64,000 bases of DNA from Nitrospiraceae bacterium (lineage in GTDB: Bacteria > Nitrospirota > Nitrospiria > Nitrospirales > Nitrospiraceae), in assembly GCA_050246315.1 (NCBI GenBank), contig JBFWWG010000015.1, positions 1 through 64,000 on the forward strand, written 5' to 3'. The notes beneath the pieces are model-generated. The model did no database searches, was not told where the DNA came from, and was given only the letters and a program-made list of their open reading frames with translations. Shown in pieces: positions 22,960-32,517 of this stretch. A program made the translations under genes and the position numbers. Within the stretch, counting starts at the first letter, position 1. Each line of letters opens with the position of its first letter.

Positions 22960-23014
22960 TTCCATGACCCCCTGCGGCCCTGCTGCGGCTCGTCTGATCC
23001 TCCTCGCCTGACAC

Positions 23015-23779
23015 GTGCACCGCGTCGGCATCTTCGCGGCGACGAGCTGGGAAACCAAAGCCATTCAAGCTGCGCTCGGCAGTTGCGAGCGGACGCGTTT
23101 GGGGACCATTCCCTGCCTCTTGAGCCATTGCGGCGGGCTCTGGGTCTATCTGGTCCAGTCCGGCATTGGGCCGTCGGTGGCTGGAGCGGTGGCCAGCCAA
23201 TTGCTGGCCGAAGCTCACTGGGACGCCGTTGTGTCGGCTGGATTCGCCTGCGATCTGGTCCAGGACCGTCCTGGAGCCTTGCTCATCGGCAACCGTGTGC
23301 GGGCGTTGCCTCGCGCTGGCGGCGCATCAGGACCATGGTCCGACATTGCGTCCAATGGGACGTTGCTGGCTCATGCCGCCGCGGTCCTTGCGCAGTACCG
23401 ATTCGAGGGACGTATCGGGCCCTATCTCAGCAGCGATCGCGTATTGTGGACGTCAGCTCAGAAACGGGCTGTGGCGGAATTGTTCGGCGCAATGGCGGTC
23501 GATATGGAGAGCGCGGCCTTGGCGGAGGCGGCGCAGGCCTACGGAGTGCCATTCGTGATCGTGCGTGCGGCGTCCGATCTCCTCGATGACACCCTGCCGA
23601 TGGATTTCAATCGGTGGATCGACCCCGGCACATCCTGTCTGCACAAATGCGGAGAGGTGGCGTCGCTCCTGGTCCGCCCCGAGCGTTGGAGCCGGTTGCT
23701 TCGCCTCCATCGGCAGAGTCGCGAGGCGGCTGTGCAATTGACCGGGTTTTTTGAACGGTTCCTTCCGATCTTGGTATAA
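23015..23779 (+). CDS. hpnG: Hopanoid-associated nucleoside phosphorylase (HpnG-like)
   Basis: PNP/MTAN motifs SGIG, AVDMESAA and VRAASD; directly after shc. Confidence 0.75.
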   Translation: MHRVGIFAATSWETKAIQAALGSCERTRLGTIPCLLSHCGGLWVYLVQSGIGPSVAGAVASQLLAEAHWDAVVSAGFACDLVQDRPGALLIGNRVRALPRAGGASGPWSDIASNGTLLAHAAAVLAQYRFEGRIGPYLSSDRVLWTSAQKRAVAELFGAMAVDMESAALAEAAQAYGVPFVIVRAASDLLDDTLPMDFNRWIDPGTSCLHKCGEVASLLVRPERWSRLLRLHRQSREAAVQLTGFFERFLPILV

Positions 23780-23798
23780 GAATATTTTGGCCTATGTC

Positions 23799-24581
23799 AT
23801 GACGACCGTGATGCCGCGGACAATTCGTCGATTAGGACGGGCCGGCCTGGGGATTCTGGCCGAGATGGGCCGGATGCTGTTGTTCATCCTCAGTGCGGCA
23901 GCCTGGCAGTTCCGCCCGCCCTTTCGGCTCAGGCTGATCATCAAGCAACTCCATTTCATCGGCTTCAAATCCTCGTTCGTGGTCGTGTTGACGGCGGGCT
24001 TCACCGGCATGGTGCTGGCGCTTCAGGGCTATTACACGCTCAGGAAGTTCGGCTCGGAGGCCTTGTTGGGATCGGCCGTGGCGCTCAGCATGATCCGGGA
24101 ACTCGGGCCGGTCCTGGCGGCGCTGATGGTCACCGCGCGGGCCGGCTCCGCCATGACCGCGGAAATCGGGATCATGCGGATCACCGAGCAGATCGATGCC
24201 TTGGATACGATGGCGGTGAATCCCTTGCAGTACCTGGTCGCGCCGAAGGTGGTGGCGAGCCTGATCGGCGTGCCGCTGCTCGTGGCGATCTTTGACGTGG
24301 TGGGAATCTGGGGCGGGCATCTGGTGGGCGTCGAGTTGCTGGGCGTGAACTCGGGGTCCTATTGGAGCTCGATCGAGTCGGCGGTGGAGTGGAAAGATGT
24401 GTACGGGGGCATCCTCAAGTCGATCAGCTTCGGGCTAATCGTCAGTTGGGTCTGTTGCTACAAAGGGTATTACACGCGGATGAGCGCAGAGGGCCTCGGC
24501 ACGGCCACGACCGAAGCGGTGGTCCTGTCCTCGGTGTTGATTCTCGTGTGGGATTATTTCTTAACGTCGGTATTGCTCTGA
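23799..24581 (+). CDS. mlaE: MlaE-family ABC permease
   Basis: RELGPVLAALMVTARAGSAMTAEIGIMRITEQIDAL. Confidence 0.93.
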   Translation: MTTVMPRTIRRLGRAGLGILAEMGRMLLFILSAAAWQFRPPFRLRLIIKQLHFIGFKSSFVVVLTAGFTGMVLALQGYYTLRKFGSEALLGSAVALSMIRELGPVLAALMVTARAGSAMTAEIGIMRITEQIDALDTMAVNPLQYLVAPKVVASLIGVPLLVAIFDVVGIWGGHLVGVELLGVNSGSYWSSIESAVEWKDVYGGILKSISFGLIVSWVCCYKGYYTRMSAEGLGTATTEAVVLSSVLILVWDYFLTSVLL

Positions 24582-24591
24582 GGAATGTGCG

Positions 24592-25365
24592 ATGCCGCCG
24601 GAACCGATCATCCGCCTGCACAATGTCCATAAGACTCTTGGACAACAGCATGTGTTGCGCGGTGTCTCGATCGAGATCCCCCAAGGCAAGATGACGACGA
24701 TCATCGGCCGAAGCGGAGAAGGCAAGAGCGTGTTGTTGAAACACATGATCGGACTGCTCCAGCCCGATCGCGGGGAGGTGTGGGTGGACGGGGTGGACAT
24801 CGGCAGGTTGCGCGCCCAGCCGTTGAACGAGGTGCGCAAACGTTTCGCAATGCTGTTCCAGGGGGCCGCATTGTTCGATTCGCTCACGGTCTTCGACAAT
24901 GTGGCGTTCCCGTTGCGGGAGAAGTTGCGGCTGCCCGCCTCGGAGGTCGACCGACGAGTCGCCGAAAAACTAGACCAGGTGGGGCTCAAGGGCATGGGGC
25001 ACAAGTTTCCTGCTGAACTCAGCGGCGGGATGAAAAAACGTGCCGGTCTCGCGCGCGCGCTGGTCATGGAGCCGGAGATCATATTGTTCGACGAGCCGAC
25101 GACGGGGCTCGACCCTCTGATGGCCAAGACCATTCACGAATTGATGTGCGACATGCAGCGCACGTTCGGATTCACGGCCGTCATGGTCAGTCACGAAATC
25201 CCCGAGGTCTTCGCGTTCTCGGATTATGTGGCGATGATCCATGGCGGTGTCATAGCCGAGATGGCTCCGTCCCGTGAATTTATGCAGACGAAGAATCCGA
25301 TGGTCCGCGAGTTCATTTCGGTAGGCGGACTCTATCCGATCCATCCGGTTTCGACGACGGGCTGA
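24592..25365 (+). CDS. mlaF: MlaF-family ABC ATPase
   Basis: GRSGEGKS, FQGAALFDSL, LSGGMKKR, DEPTTGLDP. Confidence 0.93.
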   Translation: MPPEPIIRLHNVHKTLGQQHVLRGVSIEIPQGKMTTIIGRSGEGKSVLLKHMIGLLQPDRGEVWVDGVDIGRLRAQPLNEVRKRFAMLFQGAALFDSLTVFDNVAFPLREKLRLPASEVDRRVAEKLDQVGLKGMGHKFPAELSGGMKKRAGLARALVMEPEIILFDEPTTGLDPLMAKTIHELMCDMQRTFGFTAVMVSHEIPEVFAFSDYVAMIHGGVIAEMAPSREFMQTKNPMVREFISVGGLYPIHPVSTTG

Positions 25366-25371
25366 GGGGGG

Positions 25372-25833
25372 ATGCGCATGAACAACGAGCGATTGGAATT
25401 CGTCGTCGGACTCTTCGTGCTCGCCGGTCTGTTGTGCCTGGGGTATCTATCCATTAAATTGGGGAAGCTGGAGTTGATCGGCGGCGGGCACTATACGGTC
25501 CAGGCCGAGTTCCATTCCGCCTCGGGACTCAAGCCGGGGGCCACGGTGGAAATCGCAGGAGTGGAGATCGGCCGCATCAAGGACATCGGCCTGACGGATG
25601 ATCGGGCGGTGGTCACCTTGCAGGTCAAAGACGGGGTGAGGCTGTATGATGATACGATCGCATCGATCAAGACACGCGGTATCATCGGGGAAAAGTTCGT
25701 GTCGGTTTCGCCGGGCGGCGGCGGAGATCCGCTGAAGCCGGGCGAAAAGATTCGCGAGACCGAATCCGGACTGGACCTCGAAGAGCTTGTGAGTCAATAT
25801 GTGCATGGGAACGTCGGCGACAAGAACAAATAG
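25372..25833 (+). CDS. mlaD: MlaD/MCE-domain protein
   Basis: VGLFVLAG, SGLKPGATVEIAGVEIGRI, IKTRGIIGEKF. Confidence 0.92.
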   Translation: MRMNNERLEFVVGLFVLAGLLCLGYLSIKLGKLELIGGGHYTVQAEFHSASGLKPGATVEIAGVEIGRIKDIGLTDDRAVVTLQVKDGVRLYDDTIASIKTRGIIGEKFVSVSPGGGGDPLKPGEKIRETESGLDLEELVSQYVHGNVGDKNK

Positions 25834-25864
25834 GGCCGGGGCCTGCTGGCGGAAGGAGCGGAAG

Positions 25865-26539
25865 ATGCGCACTGGTTCGAGGAGACGGTCGAGGGGTCAC
25901 AGCTTGTGCGTGGTCGGGATACTCGCCTTGGCGGTCAGCCTGGCGATCGGCCTCGACTGGGTGGCCTGCGCGCACCACACGTGGGCGCTTGCGTCCGGGC
26001 CGATGGAGGCGATAAAGGGCAGCATCGACGATGCTCTGCGAATTCTGGCGGATAAGGACCTTCAGGGGCAGGATAAGAGCAAAGAACGCCGTCAAAAGCT
26101 TGAGGCGGTCGTGTCGTCGAGGTTCAGCTACGAAGAGATGTCTCGCCGGGCGCTGGGCGCTCAATGGGCCAAGCTGTCCGAGACGGAGCGACAGGAGTTC
26201 GTCGAACTATTTCGAAGCTTGCTGGTCAATTCATATGCGGACCGTGTGGAATCGTATTCGGGTGACCCCATCAATTACGTGGGCGAGCGAGTGGAGAACG
26301 AGTACGGTGAGGTGCGCACCAGAGTCATGTTGGGCCAAGCCGAGGTTCCTTTGGACTATCGCTTGATCAAACGGGCTGAGGACTGGCGCGTCTATGATAT
26401 CGTGATCGACGGGGTTTCCCTGGTCAGCAACTATCGGGGCCAGTTCAGCAAGATTCTCAAGAATGGGTCGTACCAGGACTTGGTCGAGCAGCTTCGCAAG
26501 AAGTCCGACAGGCTGGCCGCCACCTCCAAGACCCCCTAG
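25865..26539 (+). CDS. mlaC: MlaC/HpnM-family periplasmic lipid-binding protein
   Basis: MSRRALG..W, DYRL...WRVYDIVIDGVSLVSNYRGQF. Confidence 0.9.
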   Translation: MRTGSRRRSRGHSLCVVGILALAVSLAIGLDWVACAHHTWALASGPMEAIKGSIDDALRILADKDLQGQDKSKERRQKLEAVVSSRFSYEEMSRRALGAQWAKLSETERQEFVELFRSLLVNSYADRVESYSGDPINYVGERVENEYGEVRTRVMLGQAEVPLDYRLIKRAEDWRVYDIVIDGVSLVSNYRGQFSKILKNGSYQDLVEQLRKKSDRLAATSKTP

Positions 26540-26544
26540 TCGTC

Positions 26545-27744
26545 ATGACTGCTCGTCGTCTTTTCTGGACCCTGGTCGTCGGGATCTGGGCGGCGGGTGT
26601 GCTGTTCCTTCCGGTCCCACTGTTGGCGGAGGTTAAGTACTTTCCGGTTCCGGCCGTCGGCACCTCCAAGAACGACGGCAACGACGCCGGATTGATCGTT
26701 CCCATCCTTATCACCGAACCGAGCGGCGATCTCAAATACATCGTTGCGCCGCTCCTCATTCACAACTCCATCGTCGGGACCAGGGCCGCGGTGAATTTGT
26801 TTCGTTATGACTCCGGTGGCCGCCAACTCCGCTTCATCGGCTCGATGGCCGAACGGATCGAGCGCCGGCTCCAACTGAGCTATACGGACCCTGCCTTTGC
26901 CAACGGGCGCTATGCGTTCACGGTCGGGGGCGCCTTCTTCAAGAATGCGACGGCTCGGTTTTTCGGCATCGGCCAGCAGACCGTCGAGGCGGATCAAACC
27001 AACTATACCGATCGCGAGATCCGCGCCGAGTGGAAGTTCGGAATCTATTTTAATGAGGTCACCCAACTGGCCTTCGGCCAGCGGTTTCGCGATGTGCGGC
27101 TTCAGCAGGGTGCGACGGATCTGCCGTTCACCGGAGCCGTCTTTCCTACCGTGGATGGGGTGCAAGGCGCCACGATCTTCGGTAACCGGCTCACCTTTCA
27201 CTACGACACCCGCGACAATCTCGTAACCCCGACCGACGGGACGCAAATCACCGCCTACGCGGAGCTCAATCAGAATTATCGCTTGCCGGGCGATCCCTTC
27301 TACGAGCGCTATGAGATCGAGATCAAAAAGCTCTTTCCCAGCCCGTCCAAGCACCTCATCCTGGTCGTGCGGGCCAATCTACAGATGACGTTCGGCGACC
27401 AGGTGCCCTTCTATGAGCAGAGTTCCTTGGGAGGACAGTTCAATCTGCGCGGATACGGAGTCGATCGGTTCATCGACAAACATCTGGTGGCTCTGAGCGT
27501 GGAGCAGCGTATCCATGTGCTGCGCACCCGGATGGCGAACGTCGCGGCGGATTTCGAGATCGCCCCGTTTGTTGATACCGGCAAGGTGTTCAATTCTTTC
27601 AGCCAACGCATCAATCGGGACTACGAGGTCACGCCGGGCATCGGATTTCGCGGCATCGTCCGTCCCAATGTCGTGGGCCGCGTCGATTACGGGTATAGCC
27701 CCGAGGGGGGAGCCGTGTTTGCCGGGCTTGACTTTCCGTATTAA
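26545..27744 (+). CDS. Omp85/BamA-TamA-superfamily outer membrane barrel without obvious POTRA domains
   Basis: Signal peptide, YDTRDN, NLRGYGVDRF (VRGY-like loop), GIGFR, C-terminal aromatic motif LDFPY. Confidence 0.8.
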   Translation: MTARRLFWTLVVGIWAAGVLFLPVPLLAEVKYFPVPAVGTSKNDGNDAGLIVPILITEPSGDLKYIVAPLLIHNSIVGTRAAVNLFRYDSGGRQLRFIGSMAERIERRLQLSYTDPAFANGRYAFTVGGAFFKNATARFFGIGQQTVEADQTNYTDREIRAEWKFGIYFNEVTQLAFGQRFRDVRLQQGATDLPFTGAVFPTVDGVQGATIFGNRLTFHYDTRDNLVTPTDGTQITAYAELNQNYRLPGDPFYERYEIEIKKLFPSPSKHLILVVRANLQMTFGDQVPFYEQSSLGGQFNLRGYGVDRFIDKHLVALSVEQRIHVLRTRMANVAADFEIAPFVDTGKVFNSFSQRINRDYEVTPGIGFRGIVRPNVVGRVDYGYSPEGGAVFAGLDFPY

Positions 27745-27891
27745 CCACACATTCCAGACTCACATGGGAACGAGCCAGGGACGATAAGGAGACGCATGCT
27801 CTGTGGACAGGCGCCGGTGCCAAATGAACGGAGAGGGAACGTTCGTTCCGAAGCGAAAGCGGGTGAAGTTTGGAGGCGTCTCAGTAGACAT

Positions 27892-28983
27892 ATGCCGGCG
27901 TGGGTCTGGGTGGTCGTGCTGGTGCTGTGTTCGGTGGGAGTTGCGGAGGCGGCGGACGACGCCTTTATCGCAGGCTATGCGACAGGAGTACTCGAACAGG
28001 AATTCCGGCTGAGGACAGCGACGGTGACCGTGACCGACGGCGTGCTGATCGTCCGAGCACGCGATCTCGGAGGGTTGCGTGCCGACCAACTTCGGGCAGC
28101 CCTCGAGCGCATTCCCGGAGTGGCAAGGGTTGAGATCGAGACGGAATCGGAAGGGTCAGCGACGATCCCTTCGGGTACGGCTCCCTCTCCTGGGGCGAGC
28201 GTCGGCGAACCTCCTTCGCGGTGGTTTCCGCGTGGGTTACTCTTTGACCAGCTCCATGCTGACCCTCGATGGCCGCGCTTCTCCGTCGCGTACCGCCGGT
28301 TCATGGACGACAGCCAGTTCAAGAACGGCGCTGCGGTCAATGTCGGCGGGACGATCTCGGTGTATCGGGGCGCGACCTCTGCTGGAGGCCAGTGGGAAGT
28401 CGGGTTTCAAGCCGGGATGTACAGCCTCTTCGATCTCAGTTCTTCCTCCGGGTCCAACGATCTACTCAACAATGACTATACGTTGTCGCTGTTCTATGCG
28501 TACCGGAGCGGCAAGTGGTCGACGTTGTTTCGATTGAACCATCAAAGCTCGCACATTGGCGATGAGTATCTAAAGAATTCCGGGACCCAGCGGGTGGAAG
28601 TCAACTACGACCGCCTTGATCTCAAGCTGTCCTACGACGCCCGGGACTGGATGCGGATCTACGGAGGCGGAGGGATCCTGCTGCGACAATCCCCGGATGG
28701 GCTGAGCAACGGCACCGTCCAGTTCGGTGCGGAACTCACGAGTCCGACGAGCTACTGGCATGGTCGATTGAGGCCGGTCGCGTATGCGGACGTACAACTG
28801 TTTGGACGGACCGATTGGAGCCCGGGGTATTCAGCGATGGCCGGCGTGCAGTTTGAGAATCTTCGCCTCGATGGACGGACGCTTCAACTGTTGATTGAGT
28901 ATTACGGCGGGCCGTTCCCGGATGGTCAATTTTTTACGCAGAAGACACAATGGCTGGGTATCGGAGTGCATTTTTATTTCTAG
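27892..28983 (+). CDS. DUF1207-like outer membrane protein
   Basis: Signal peptide, DDAFIAGYA N-domain, ADPRWPRFS, HQSSHIGDEY, terminal GIGVHFYF. Confidence 0.65.
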   Translation: MPAWVWVVVLVLCSVGVAEAADDAFIAGYATGVLEQEFRLRTATVTVTDGVLIVRARDLGGLRADQLRAALERIPGVARVEIETESEGSATIPSGTAPSPGASVGEPPSRWFPRGLLFDQLHADPRWPRFSVAYRRFMDDSQFKNGAAVNVGGTISVYRGATSAGGQWEVGFQAGMYSLFDLSSSSGSNDLLNNDYTLSLFYAYRSGKWSTLFRLNHQSSHIGDEYLKNSGTQRVEVNYDRLDLKLSYDARDWMRIYGGGGILLRQSPDGLSNGTVQFGAELTSPTSYWHGRLRPVAYADVQLFGRTDWSPGYSAMAGVQFENLRLDGRTLQLLIEYYGGPFPDGQFFTQKTQWLGIGVHFYF

Positions 28984-29175
28984 CAGGCGGCGGAGTTGGC
29001 TCCAAGGCCGGGAGCCGTCGATGCTTGACTCTGGACGTTGGATGTGCAAGTATCTTCGGTGATCTAGAGGCTTGCCATCACTCTTCTGCCGGCACTTTCC
29101 ATTCCGACCTACTCGATCGCGAAATTGTAGCCGCGAGACGGCGTCTGCGGTAAGACCTAACAAGGAGCGTAAGCG

Positions 29176-31149
29176 ATGTCCCTGCTCAAATCGATACACA
29201 GTCCCGGTGATCTGAAAAAGCTGTCTCCGAAAGAATTCCCCTTGCTGTGCCAGGAGATACGCGAGCAGATTGTCTCGGTCGTCTCCAGTGTGGGCGGCCA
29301 TTTGGCTTCCAACTTGGGAGTCGTCGAATTGAGTGTAGCGCTGCATTACCTGCTGAATACTCCTCAGGACAGGATCGTGTGGGATACCAGCAACCAGGCC
29401 TATACGCATAAGCTCCTCACCGGTCGCCGCGAGCAGTTCCATACGTTGCGGCAATACGGAGGCTTGAGCGGCTTCTGCAAGAGGGAGGAAAGCGCCTACG
29501 ACACGTTCAATGCCGGGCATGCGGGCACAGGAGTTTCCGCGGCCTATGGCATGGTCGAAGCGAGGGACCAGCAGAGATTGAAACACAAGGTCGTTTGTGT
29601 CGTCGGTGACGGGGCGATGACGGCAGGTATGACCTTGGAGGGACTGCACCACGCCGGTGGGACCAATCGTGATTTCATTGTCGTATTGAACGACAACCAG
29701 ATGTCGATTTCCAAAAACGTCGGGGCGATCTCGTCCTATCTCAATCGCACCTTCACCGGCGAATTTTTCACCAAGGTGCGTGAAGAAACGGCTCAGTTAC
29801 TCGGCGCCATCCCCCACATCGGTCCGGACATGCAGAAGATGGCGCGCCGCGCCGAAGAGTTGGCGAAAGGCATGATCTTGCCTGGCCTCCTGTTCGAGGA
29901 ACTCGGGTTTCAGTATGTGGGGCCGATCGATGGCCATAATTTCGAGCATCTCCTGCCGACGTTGGAGAACGTCCTGAAGATGAAAGGACCGGTGCTCCTT
30001 CACGTCATTACGAAGAAGGGGTTGGGCTACCAGCCTGCCGTTGACAACCCGGTGTGGTTTCACGCGTGCCCTCCCTTCGTCCTGGAGACCGGGGAGATGG
30101 CCAGGAAGGCACCGCGTCCGAGCTACACGGCGCATGCGGTCAATACCCTGATCAAGCTGGCCAGGGAGGATCGCCGGATCGTCGCGATCACCGCCGCCAT
30201 GTGTGAGGGGACGGGGCTGGCCTCGTTCGAGAAGGAATTCCCCGATCGGCTGTACGACGTCGGCATCGCCGAGCAACATGCCGTCACTTTTGCGGCAGGC
30301 CTCGCTGCGGAGGGAATGAGGCCGGTGGTGACGATTTATTCGACCTTCCTCCAGCGGTCGTATGACCAGGTGGTCCATGACGTGGCGACGCAGAACCTTC
30401 CGGTGGTGTTTTGTATCGATCGCGGCGGATTGGTGGCGGAAGACGGCACCACGCACCACGGCGCGTTTGATTTCGCCTACCTGCGCCACGTGCCGAATAT
30501 GGTCGTCATGGCCCCCAAGGACGAGAACGAATTGCAGCACATGGTCAAGACCGCTCTGTCGTATGATGGGCCGTCCTCGGTTCGTTATCCACGGGGGACC
30601 TCTCTCGGCGTGCCGATGGATCAGCAGCCGGCGATCCTCGAAATTGGCAAGGGGGAACTCTTGCGCGAAGGAACGGATGTCGCGATTGCCGCGATCGGCG
30701 TCACGGTGGGGCAGGCGGTCAGGGCGGCGGAACGGTTGGAGGAGGACGGCCTGTCGGTTGCGGTGATCAATGGGCGCTTTGTGAAGCCGCTGGACGACGA
30801 GTTGCTCGCGGAGGTCGCGGGAAAGGCGCGCTGTCTGGTCACAGTGGAAGAGGGAGCCCGCATGGGCGGATTTGGCGCCGCGGTGTTGGAGTCGTTATCG
30901 GAGCAGGGCATCGCCATTCCCACCAAATTGATCGGACTGCCCGATTGGTATATCGAACAGGGGCCGCAGGACCTGCTTCGGGAAAAGTATGGTCTGACGG
31001 CGGAAGGCATTTACCAAACCGTAAAGGGATTTTTTGAGCAGATCTCCGCCGGAGCAGGTAAGGTCCGCAGTCGGAATGTTCGGCGAGAGACCTTCTCTCT
31101 ACGGGGGGAGAGTCAGTATCACCCGGAAGGGGACGACCAGGGGAGCTGA
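29176..31149 (+). CDS. dxs: 1-deoxy-D-xylulose-5-phosphate synthase
   Basis: GGHLASNLGVVEL, ThDP motif GDGAMTAG..LNDN, GIAEQHA, YSTFLQR, DGTTHHG. Confidence 0.96.
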   Translation: MSLLKSIHSPGDLKKLSPKEFPLLCQEIREQIVSVVSSVGGHLASNLGVVELSVALHYLLNTPQDRIVWDTSNQAYTHKLLTGRREQFHTLRQYGGLSGFCKREESAYDTFNAGHAGTGVSAAYGMVEARDQQRLKHKVVCVVGDGAMTAGMTLEGLHHAGGTNRDFIVVLNDNQMSISKNVGAISSYLNRTFTGEFFTKVREETAQLLGAIPHIGPDMQKMARRAEELAKGMILPGLLFEELGFQYVGPIDGHNFEHLLPTLENVLKMKGPVLLHVITKKGLGYQPAVDNPVWFHACPPFVLETGEMARKAPRPSYTAHAVNTLIKLAREDRRIVAITAAMCEGTGLASFEKEFPDRLYDVGIAEQHAVTFAAGLAAEGMRPVVTIYSTFLQRSYDQVVHDVATQNLPVVFCIDRGGLVAEDGTTHHGAFDFAYLRHVPNMVVMAPKDENELQHMVKTALSYDGPSSVRYPRGTSLGVPMDQQPAILEIGKGELLREGTDVAIAAIGVTVGQAVRAAERLEEDGLSVAVINGRFVKPLDDELLAEVAGKARCLVTVEEGARMGGFGAAVLESLSEQGIAIPTKLIGLPDWYIEQGPQDLLREKYGLTAEGIYQTVKGFFEQISAGAGKVRSRNVRRETFSLRGESQYHPEGDDQGS

Positions 31150-31154
31150 CCCGG

Positions 31155-32369
31155 ATGTTCATCCGTCGCCGAAAGACCAGGCAGATTGCGGTCGGAAGCG
31201 TCAAGATTGGCGGAGAGGCCGCGATCTCCGTCCAGTCCATGACGATTCCCCATCCGAGTGATGTCCGAGCCACGGTCGAGCAGATTCACCAACTGGAACA
31301 GGCCGGCTGCGAGCTGGTCCGCGTGGCGGTTCCGGACATGGAAGCGGCGGCCGCTCTTCCGAAGATCAAATCGCAAATCCATATCCCGATCATCGCGGAC
31401 ATACATTTTGACTACCGGCTGGCGCTCAAGGCTGCGGAGGTGGTGGATTGCGTTCGGATCAACCCGGGCAACATCGGAGCCTGGTGGAAGGTCACCGAGG
31501 TCGTGAAGGCCGTCAGTGATCGAAACATTCCACTTCGGATCGGCGTCAACGCCGGCTCGCTGGAGCGTCACCTGCTCGACAAGTACGGATATCCCACCGC
31601 GGAAGCTCTGGCTGAGTCCGGGTTGAACGCCGTGCACGCACTGGAGGATGTCGGCTTCACGAATATGAAAGTGTCGCTGAAGGCGTCGGATGTCCATATG
31701 GCGGTAGATGCCTATTGGATCTTCGCTCACCAATCTGATTACCCGTTGCACATCGGTATCACCGAGGCCGGGACCGTGTTGACCGGAGCGGTTAAATCAT
31801 CCATCGGACTGGGGTGGCTGCTGATGAACGGTATCGGGGATACCTTGCGGGTTTCGCTCGCCGCCGATCCGGTTGAAGAAGTCCGCGTCGGGTTCGAGAT
31901 CCTGAAGTCGCTGGAGCTTCGCCACCGCGGCATCAACGTGATTGCGTGCCCGACTTGCGGTCGGGTGGAGATCGACGTGGTGCGCATGGCCAATGAACTT
32001 GAAAAACGCCTGGGTCACATCAAGACCCCGCTGAATGTGTCGGTGCTCGGCTGCGTCGTCAACGGCATCGGCGAAGGCAAGGAGGCGGATATTGGCATTG
32101 CCGGAGGAGAAGGGGTGGGAATTCTCTTCAAAAAAGGCAAGCTGGATCGAAAAGTGCCCATGGCCGACCTGATGGACACCTTGATCGCGGAAGTCGAAAT
32201 GATGGCCAAGGAAAAGGAATCGGAAGGGCAAGAGCAAAGGAATGACCAACTTGCTTCATCCGACGATTCCGGCCACGAAAGAAACCAAGCCTCGTGGCAT
32301 CAGTCACTTGCCGCCTCGGAATCAAGCCCATCACCTCGCCGTGAAATTCCCGTGCTTCCATCGCGCTAA
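31155..32369 (+). CDS. ispG: HMBPP synthase (flavodoxin)
   Basis: VQSMT, RINPGN, RIGVNAGSL, GIGDTLRVSL, CPTCGR, GCVVNGIGE. Confidence 0.97.
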   Translation: MFIRRRKTRQIAVGSVKIGGEAAISVQSMTIPHPSDVRATVEQIHQLEQAGCELVRVAVPDMEAAAALPKIKSQIHIPIIADIHFDYRLALKAAEVVDCVRINPGNIGAWWKVTEVVKAVSDRNIPLRIGVNAGSLERHLLDKYGYPTAEALAESGLNAVHALEDVGFTNMKVSLKASDVHMAVDAYWIFAHQSDYPLHIGITEAGTVLTGAVKSSIGLGWLLMNGIGDTLRVSLAADPVEEVRVGFEILKSLELRHRGINVIACPTCGRVEIDVVRMANELEKRLGHIKTPLNVSVLGCVVNGIGEGKEADIGIAGGEGVGILFKKGKLDRKVPMADLMDTLIAEVEMMAKEKESEGQEQRNDQLASSDDSGHERNQASWHQSLAASESSPSPRREIPVLPSR

Positions 32370-32392
32370 TCCACTCCCGTCGCATCCAGCGA

Positions 32393-32421
32393 TTGAGTTC
32401 AACGATTTGCGCCCGTATAAT
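32393..32421 (+). promoter_or_regulatory. Sigma70 promoter of tRNA-Cys
   Basis: TTGAGT-17 bp-TATAAT, about 20 bp upstream of the tRNA. Confidence 0.65.
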
Positions 32422-32441
32422 ACACCGTTTTTTCTTCGTGG

Positions 32442-32517
32442 GGCGCCGTACCCAAGTGGCTAAGGGAGCAGTCTGCAAAACTGCGATGCAGCGGTTCGAA
32501 CCCGCTCGGCGCCTCCA
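32442..32517 (+). tRNA. tRNA-Cys (GCA)
   Basis: Acceptor stem GGCGCCG/CGGCGCC, anticodon arm gcagt-ctGCAaa-actgc, GGTTCGAA T-loop, encoded CCA. Confidence 0.96.
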
